Shown: piece after piece, positions 25,311 through 32,884 of the stretch
How positions within the stretch are numbered: position 1 is the stretch's first letter
Layout of the letters: each line of letters starts with the position of its first letter
Assembly: GCF_006345805.1 (NCBI RefSeq)
Contig: NW_021832742.1
Span: forward strand, 1-32,884
Direction: 5' to 3'
Length of the DNA: 32,884 bases
From: Octopus sinensis
Lineage: Eukaryota
The notes under the pieces: generated by a model
Told to the model about the DNA's origin: nothing
Seen by the model: only the letters and a program-made list of their open reading frames with translations
The model's database searches: none
Made by a program: the position numbers and the translations under genes

Positions 25311-26005
25311 CGGATGTCAATTCTCTGGATTCTAGTGTAGTTTAGATCCGTTTTCCTTCCAAAATTATGCACGCATTATAGTTTCAATCTATATAATGTG
25401 TATTCTGCTTTTATTTATATATGTATATAATGTGCATTCCGCCATCATCTACTTGATTCGCCAGAAATATAAACGTAGGACGCTCCGTACTCATCTCTTC
25501 CCTACTTATTCTCTGACAAATAACCATCTCCACCAACCCATGCACTTACATCAAACACGCTATCAACATCTTAAACCTTACATCTTTTACATACACACCA
25601 TCACGCTATTTACATAACTTGTGCGTTATATATTTACTAATTTATTTCCATTCAATGATATGCCTTACAATTTATAATCGATATGCTTTCAAATAACATA
25701 TAATATTAAAATTTTCTCAGTTTCGAAAAGTGGTAATATATTTTCCATCAAGAGCTTCTGCGTTAAAGAAATATATAGAATTTATAACACATTTTATTCA
25801 GTTTATTTGCAAGAAGTAATGTTATTTAGTAGTTTATAGAAAGCGTTTAAAGTCTACACAATTTGAACAAAAGTTGAAGCATGTTTACGTTTATCTGAAT
25901 TTAGGACGGTTTCTCTCTTTCATTTCCTCCATCTTTCAAATACACTCTTAATATACTTTTGCATATAGGTTACTGTTTTATGTGTCAATATGTATATTTG
26001 TGGAT

Positions 26006-26007
26006 AC

Positions 26008-26044
<37 letters not shown>

Positions 26045-26060
26045 TAGACAGACAGATAGG

Positions 26061-26140
<80 letters not shown>
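26006..26140. repeat. (GACA)n-(GATA)n microsatellite
   Basis: Directly visible. Confidence 0.95.
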
Positions 26141-26141
<1 letters not shown>

Positions 26142-26487
26142 CTTTTCGCATCCTTTAGTCTCGGGAGACAATGGAGTTGCGCATAAACTAATCAGTCTTT
26201 TTTTTTACATTTCATGTCCTCTCCAGTCTTGCGCAGGCCTGGGCTAGATGTAAGAAACTCCTGGGTAGCCTAATCGTCAGGATTTCTCTCTCGACCTTGC
26301 TGACATAGTCCAAAGGAGTGCAGAGCATTACGTTTGGCAACAGCCTGGTTGCAGGAGCTGCCGGAAGAGTGTCGAGTCGAGCACTAAACCGCCTGCGTGG
26401 CTCCACTCCGGATTTCTTTGAAAGTTTTCTCCTTTCCATAACCCTAGATAGGGGCCCATACCAGGTACTGTCAGATAGAGTTATATA

Positions 26488-26552
<65 letters not shown>

Positions 26553-27945
26553 GTAGATAGATAGAGGGATAGATAGATAGATAGATTGATAGATAGATAG
26601 ATAGTTAGATAGATAGATTGATAGATAAATAGATAGATATTCAGACATGCTTAAATATGGGTGAATATGTACATATCTATGTGTGTGTATTTGTGCATTC
26701 ATGCATGTAACATGTATGAGCTGCATCCATTTCGTGTCGGTATGTGTTTAAATGCATATGTAATTTCGGATACTATTTGTTGATTATATTATCGGCTGTG
26801 CTTTGTTTAAATGAATTGCTGAATATTACTAACTGAAGCCTTCTTTAGTGACTATCTTCCTTCTCGTGGAAAAATATCCATGCTGCAAGATTTAAAAACC
26901 ATTTTCATAAGTCAATTTAATTACTAAAATATGCCGTTCATTTCGGTGACTTCAGCATTTATATTATTTTGGATGAAATTTTATAATTTAGATATAAAAT
27001 TTTTATGATTTATTTTTCTTACGCTTTATACAAATGTTTATTTCTTTTCAGAACGTCCGACGTCTCCTATTGATTTCCAATAAATGTGTTTTACTTGGTT
27101 TCCGTTAATTGTAAGCTTTGACGCAGAATTTACCATCGATTATATATATATATGTATATATATATACATGTATGTGTATGTGTGTGCGTATGTGTGTGTG
27201 TGTGTGTGTGTATGTATAATCACGTCATCAAAATATTTCTCTCAACTTTGTTTTTACATCTATATAAAAATCGACATTAATTTGTTTATTTATTTTCACA
27301 CTTGTGCTTCATTTTGATTCGTTTTTTTCTCTCTGGACACGAAATGCTATTTTAAACTACTTATCTCATCCAGAATCAAAAGAGGATATAGTTTTCGTCT
27401 ACGTTGGGAAGAAATGTCATTGACTAAATCTATAGATGTAATTGTCCTTTTATTTTCCTGTTGCTTTCTGTTCAAATGTTTATGTGGACTTGCTAACCAA
27501 AAGTAGAATGAAATAAAAATACTTTGCAATGATTAAATCGTTTTAGAGTCTTCTATTTTAATACTTTTTTTAAGTCTCTTAGACAACAAATCAATTTATG
27601 TAATTGCTATATTATTTTATATGATCAAATTATTGAAAGATATTTTGTTTTGAATTATCTTATTTATTGTTGTCTCGGTCTGATTTTTACGCATTCTCTA
27701 TTTCACATATGCTTTATATCTCTTTATATACACACGACACGCACACATACATTTATACATGTATCACACTCTCCCTTCTTCTCTCTATATACATGTGTGG
27801 GAGGGGGTACGCTCGTTTGTGCTATTTCATTATTTCATTCCTTTTATACGTCTCAGGCTGCAGTCTGCAGGCTGCGGCCATGCTGGAGCATCGCCAGCAT
27901 GTATGAATATGCATATATATTTGTACATATAAGCGTATATATATA

Positions 27946-27993
<48 letters not shown>

Positions 27994-28069
27994 GTATATA
28001 TGTGTGTGTGTGTGTGTGCGTGTGTATGTGAAGTATGATTGTCACATAAATGTTCCTAAACACTAAGGG

Positions 28070-28205
28070 TGGATGCTACTGTAGTCTGTAGCCTCAGGAG
28101 AATAGCCAGTCAATAGCCAGCTGGAGAAGATGTTCTCCTGGGGCTACAAGCTACAATAGCATCCAGACTTAATGGTTAGCCACATTTAAGTGGCAAATAT
28201 ACTTC
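28070..28205. repeat. 32-bp fold-back hairpin within a repeat related to the 21.9-kb and 22.8-kb sequences
   Basis: GGATGCTACTGTAGTCTGTAGCCTCAGGAGAA versus TTCTCCTGGGGCTACAAGCTACAATAGCATCC (4 mismatches). The right arm loosely aligns to 21904-21957 (AGCC..GATG..CCT.GGGCTA..ATCC). Confidence 0.55.
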
Positions 28206-28254
28206 ACATTGTCGTGCAGCTACTGTTTATACCTGTAAAGAGATTTATTATTGC

Positions 28255-28313
<59 letters not shown>

Positions 28314-28888
28314 CACTCACACACAAACCCACATATTTAGATTTGTATATGCTACTCGGTTTACAACAGACAACAACATTTGCTGTGTCGATCGTAAAAT
28401 TTACAAGATCGTAACGTACGTTAACTCATCAGGTTGTTTAAAACAACTCATGTTGCTGAATAAATCATACTGTAAGCAAAATCATGATCTTAACAAATTT
28501 ATGTTCTTTGCTAAATCCTGCGGTTGAGTAAATAGACCTTGTAACTAAATCAAGATAATAACCAAATCGTGATTCCATAGAATATCTAACTTTTAAGAAG
28601 ATCGAGGTAATCTAAAAATACTATTAAGACAATCATACCAAAACGGAAATCGTGTTGTTAAAGAAAACATGCTTCGAGCACATTTTAGTAGTTAAACATA
28701 CGATGCAGTTAACTAAATCTTACTAAAGATAACATATTTGAAAATACTTATATAGCACAGAGTATTAGCTATATGTGATTTTAGTGGGGGAAGGTAGAAG
28801 ACGGAACGTTTTGTGGAACTCTGTATTGCATATGTGTGAATGAGAGTGCGTAAATCATTGTGTGTATGTGTGTGTGCGTGTGTTTGCA

Positions 28889-29590
28889 TGGAATGAAAAG
28901 AAAATATACGATCAGTTTGCAAGAGATACAGATGCCAAGATAGGTACTGAAGGCCGGTGGCTATTGATGAGGTGGAGTTACTTGAAGATAGAGACAGAAG
29001 TTCTTATATGCGCAGCTCAAGGACAAGCGTTAAGGATCAACTATGTGGAGTGCAGAATCGACACCACTACCGACAGTGACAAACGCAGAATACGTGGTGA
29101 GAGGAGTGAAACGGTATGGCACATCGTTAGCGAATGCCCTAAATTGGCACAACGCGATAATCTGGCAAGAATGAAACATTGCGAAATCTGTGGCAATCAC
29201 GGCCTACAATGAGCAAATACGTAAAATAATAAATAAATGCGCCCTTTTAAAGCCTAGCCAGGCTCATGGACCCGGTTTCTATGGCGTATGTGTTCCCCAG
29301 CTGGACGGGACGCCAGTCCATCGCAGCGTTACTCAATTTTGCCAGTTGCGTGGACTGGAGCAACGTGAAAGGAAGTGATTTGCTCAAGAACACAAAGCGT
29401 CGCCCGGTCCAGGATTCGAAGCCACAATCATGATGCAAAATCCTGTGGGATGCAATGATTCAGTGCGATCTCCTGGCCACAAACCTAGCACCTGTCGTAG
29501 TGAAAAATAAGTAAGAACATGCATGATATCTTATTTGGCATGTCCAGGTGACAACAGAATCAAAGAGAAAGAAGAACTCAGAAACATGTG
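28889..29590 (+). mobile_element. Decayed R4/Dong-type non-LTR retrotransposon fragment (zinc knuckle plus restriction-like endonuclease), interrupted by a SINE
   Basis: WNEKKIYDQFAR...YLKIETEVLICAAQGQALRIN...DKRRIRGERSETVWHIVSECPKLAQRDNLARMKH matches LK.ETE..I.AAQ.QALRTN, the CRxC..ET..HI.S.C knuckle and RHD. After the SINE, from 29437: KILWDAMIQCD, then CMISYLACPGDNRIKEKEE (RLE PD..D region). Confidence 0.8.
29224..29436 (-). mobile_element. Family A SINE, 5'-truncated, inserted antisense into the R4/Dong fragment
   Basis: Colinear with 2650-2866; short AATAATAAATAAAT tail. Confidence 0.85.
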
Positions 29591-29761
29591 TTTGGAAATA
29601 AACTATTTATCACATAGCCACGCCTGTTTGGTGATTATCTCTTTGGTCATTATTTGTCTCGCAAGATTATCTGTTTGATGATTATCTCTGCAAGCTTCTT
29701 CATGAGCAAGTTTATAAGTGGGTGAGTTTCTAAACCATGCAACAATTTCAGAAGAGTGCTG

Positions 29762-30064
29762 AAACCCCCTTCGGTCATGACTGACCATGGGATTGCACCT
29801 AGAAAGTGAACCTCCCAGGCACAAATCAGGACAACGTTGTTTATGGATGACCAGCCTCACCTCTCCATGCCACTGATGTTATCCAAGGGAAAGGCAAGGG
29901 CCGATACAGCTTGGCACCGGTAACGTCGCAACTCATTTCTACAACTGAGTAAACTGGAGCAACGTGAAATAAAGTGTGTTGCTCAAGAGCACAACACACA
30001 TCCCGGTCCGGGATTCGAACTCACAATCTCACGATCGTAAGCTCGACGCTCTTACCACTGAGCC
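29762..30064 (-). mobile_element. tRNA-derived CORE-like SINE (family C)
   Basis: Minus: GGCTCAGTGGTAAGAGCGTCGAGC...GAGTTCGAATCCCGG (B box). It shares the TTGAGCAA..CACT..ATTTCACGTTGCTCCAGT..ACTCAG.TG..AAATGAGT core with family A but has a different 3' module. Confidence 0.8.
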
Positions 30065-30457
30065 TTCATTTCAGAAGGGTAACCCATAATTTTAAACAAT
30101 CGCGTCATTACGAACCAAACTTTAGTTAATGACAAGTATAACTGACATAGTTATCGAACATAGCTTTTGTTTTGTTTTTTGTTTTTTGTTTTCTTTTTAC
30201 TTATGAAGCTAATATAGAATTTTGAGTATGCATTTTTGTCTTTTCCTTGTTTCGGTCATTTTACTGCGTCTATGCTGGAACACCGCCTTGCAATGTTTCA
30301 ATGGAACAAATCGATTCAGAATATTTTTAAAGCTTGTTACTTATTCCATCGATCTGTTTTGCTGAACAGCTAGATTATAGAGACGTAAATTCATCAAAGC
30401 CAGTGGCTGAGCCTGCAGTTGTAGGACAAACACAGACCCAAAGACACGCTTACCTAA

Positions 30458-30507
<50 letters not shown>

Positions 30508-30523
30508 TTTATTATATAGAAGG

Positions 30524-30574
30524 AGCTTCTACAGGACTAGAACTGTTTCATTCAAGAGAAATCTTCAGGAAGCT
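30524..30574 (-). ncRNA. Type I hammerhead ribozyme, intact core
   Basis: Minus strand sequence is identical to 31409-31459. Predicted cleavage is between 30530 and 30529. Confidence 0.82.
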
Positions 30575-30849
30575 AGTTAACAAGAATTGTATTGGCATTT
30601 ATACATTTAGGCAGGTTTAAAGAAGTGGTGGTGGGGGACGTTTTGGGGGTAGGCATAGCGCAAAATATCATACTTGGGGGAGTGGTCAAGGAGTCAGTGG
30701 TAAATTAGATAAAAGATCCTTGGGACCAGCGGTCAAAGATAACAAAAGTAATAAATGAAGATAATAAAATTAAAATTAGGGAATGGGTCTGTATTTGTAT
30801 GTATATATATGTGTGTATGTGTAGGTATGTATAGGTACACATATGTATA

Positions 30850-30883
<34 letters not shown>

Positions 30884-31408
30884 ATGTCTGTGTAGTATAG
30901 ATATGTGTGTATGTGTTATATATGTGTATATAGGGACTAGTGTGCTGTGTGTGCATGTGTGTATGTGTGTTGTATATATATTTTTCTGTGTGTATATGTA
31001 TGTGTGGTTTGTGTGTATATATACATGTGTGTATACGTGTATGCATTTGAGTGAGTGTATTAATATATATATGTGTATGTGTAGATATGTATATGTATTG
31101 TGTATGTGTATATATATGTATAGGTGTGTGTGTGTATGTATGTGTGTATGTATATATGTATGTATGTGTGTGTATATATGTATACATATGTGTATAGGTA
31201 TAAGTGAGAATCTCCTTATTTACCTAAAACTCTATTTTTTATATATATATATTTTTTTTTATTTATTCTTTTATCTAATTTACCACTGACTCCTTGACCA
31301 CTCCCCCAAGTATTATATTTTGCGCTATGCCTACCCCCAAAAAGTCCCCCACCACCACCCCTTTAAAACCTGCCTAAATGTATAAATGCCAATACAATTC
31401 TTGTTACT

Positions 31409-31459
31409 AGCTTCCTGAAGATTTCTCTTGAATGAAACAGTTCTAGTCCTGTAGAAGCT
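31409..31459 (+). ncRNA. Type I hammerhead ribozyme, intact core
   Basis: AGCTTC-CTGAAGA-T-TTC(TCTT)GAA-T-GAAA-CAG(TTCTAGTC)CTG-TA|GAAGCT. Stem I is 6 bp, stem II is 3 bp with a U.U base, stem III is 4 bp, and the triplet is GUA. Cleavage after 31453. Confidence 0.82.
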
Positions 31460-31546
31460 CCTTCTATATAATAAATTAATTTTACTCTGTCTATGTATTG
31501 AGTCCTTATTTACTGTGGTTAACCCCGAATCAACTCGGGACCTACA

Positions 31547-31621
31547 TATATTATATATATATATATATATTATATATATATATATATACATATATAATAT
31601 ATATATATATATATTATATTA

Positions 31622-31652
<31 letters not shown>

Positions 31653-31703
31653 GTATATATATATATATATCTTATATATATATATATATTATATATATAT
31701 ATT

Positions 31704-31784
<81 letters not shown>
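31547..31784. repeat. Long (TA)n microsatellite
   Basis: Directly visible. Confidence 0.95.
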
Positions 31785-31787
<3 letters not shown>

Positions 31788-32079
31788 ACATGGTTCTTTC
31801 AGCCTCCTTCCAAATCCACTCAGGAGGCTTCAGTCGGCCCGCGGCTATGTTTGAAGACACTTAACAAAGGTTCCACACATTTGGACTGATCCCGGAACCA
31901 TATGGTTCAGAATCAACCAAGCCCGAGCCCAGTAAGTTGAAATTCAAAGTACAAGATTCTGCAAGTTGTTGTTCCTTAATTTTGCTAATGCATCGTCATT
32001 TTGTGAGATAGATTTAGCCGCAGTAAGGTAATTTGTATATCAATATAATCTATCCCACATCGAGAAGAATGAACATAGG

Positions 32080-32232
32080 GGCGCAGGGGTGGGTGTGTGG
32101 TAAGTAGATTGCTTACCAACCACATGGCTCTGGGTTCAGTCCCACTGCGTGGCACCTTGGGCAAGAATTTTCTACTATAGCCTGGGGCCGACCAAAGCCT
32201 TGTGTGTGGATTTGGTAGATGAAACCGTCGTA

Positions 32233-32275
<43 letters not shown>

Positions 32276-32348
32276 CAAAAACTGTCCGACGAACGGCAAC
32301 GAGAAACTCAGAGTAACAGATTTTGTTGAATTTTCTGCTGCTTAAAAT

Positions 32349-32386
<38 letters not shown>

Positions 32387-32620
32387 GTATGTATGTGTAT
32401 ATGTGTGTGTGTGTCTGAGTTTGTCCCCCGAACATCGCTTGATAGCCGATGGTTTTGTGTTTACGTCCTCGTAACATGCCGGTTCAGCAAAGGAGACCAA
32501 TAGAATAAGTACTAGGCTTCCAAACAATAAGTCCTGGGATCGATTTGCACGACTAAAGGGCAGTGCTCCATTATGGCCACAGTCAAATGACTGAATCAAG
32601 TAAAACAGTAAATGAGTAAA
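32080..32620 (+). mobile_element. OR-like SINE containing a ~78-bp insert in its internal (TA)n
   Basis: Colinear with 15921-16310 except for non-homologous 32275-32352 between two (TA)n runs. Confidence 0.85.
32275..32326 (+). ncRNA. Variant minimal type I hammerhead motif (U4 to C)
   Basis: GCAAAAA-CTGT-CCGACGA-A-CG(GCAA)CG-A-GAAA-CTCAGAG-TA|ACAG-A-TTTTGT. Stem I is 4+6 bp around an A.A mismatch, stem II has a GNRA loop, stem III is palindromic, and the triplet is GUA. Confidence 0.62.
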
Positions 32621-32884
32621 GAAAGAAAGCGAGAGAGAGAGAGAGTATATTCACAGTTATATCATCCACACCATGTGAACTGATAATCATCATCATTACT
32701 AAATTTTATTCTCACTGCCGGGGCGGGGAGGGGGCAGACGGGTGTGCGGGACAGAACAAAATACTGACATAGGCCAGAAAGGACATTGTGGTTTAGAAGC
32801 TAGCTTTTATGCAATAATATCTTTGCATTACGAATACAGTTTCAGTACAGCTAAAAGCTACGTAAATATTGATTCGTCCGGATT

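Larger units (their letters stand above)
30508..31475. repeat. Pair of 209-bp inverted repeats (30508-30716, 31267-31475) separated by a 550-bp mostly microsatellite spacer
   Basis: Manual alignment shows 4 substitutions and 2 single-base indels. Confidence 0.92.
30238..31920 (-). mobile_element. OR-like SINE split by a hammerhead cassette inserted in its internal microsatellite (3' half ~30238-30480, 5' half ~31785-31920)
   Basis: Both halves are minus-strand homologues of the 15921 and 32080 SINEs, in the correct order on either side of the (CA)/(TA) tract. Confidence 0.6.

Noticed and set aside
28385-28445. Minus-strand CTGATGA-GTTAACGTACGTTAC-GATC with adjacent palindromes
   Set aside because: Core GAAA is replaced by GATC and there is no coherent stem III or stem I.

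Overview
AT-rich, microsatellite-saturated non-coding animal DNA with no confidently identifiable protein-coding gene. Nearly all ORFs in the supplied track are translations of (TA)n, (TG)n, (GATA)n or (TATG)n repeats. The tRNA-derived CORE-like SINE families and repeat density resemble an octopod cephalopod genome (inference, from recall of those families; not database-checked). Recognisable content: about 10 SINEs or SINE fragments, a decayed CR1-clade LINE 3' fragment (~3.2-3.9 kb), a decayed Penelope-like element (PLE) linker plus GIY-YIG fragment (~10.5-11.2 kb, minus), and a decayed R4/Dong-type restriction-like-endonuclease LINE interrupted by a SINE (~28.9-29.6 kb). The most notable signal is six minimal type I hammerhead-ribozyme motifs from five sequence-distinct elements. 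Three have intact catalytic cores (4439-4486 minus; 30524-30574 minus and 31409-31459 plus, an identical inverted pair). Three have a single core substitution (11798-11858, 21800-21846, 32275-32326). Most lie in short non-coding elements flanked by (TA)n, showing terminal redundancy or fold-back inversions, and two are nested in the internal microsatellite of SINEs. This fits a set of PLE-dependent, retrozyme-like elements. Hammerheads in PLE repeats are established; activity and novelty of these particular families are untested. Two CpG/GC-rich patches (~24.95-25.3 and ~26.2-26.47 kb) may be real exons or a promoter but cannot be assigned.
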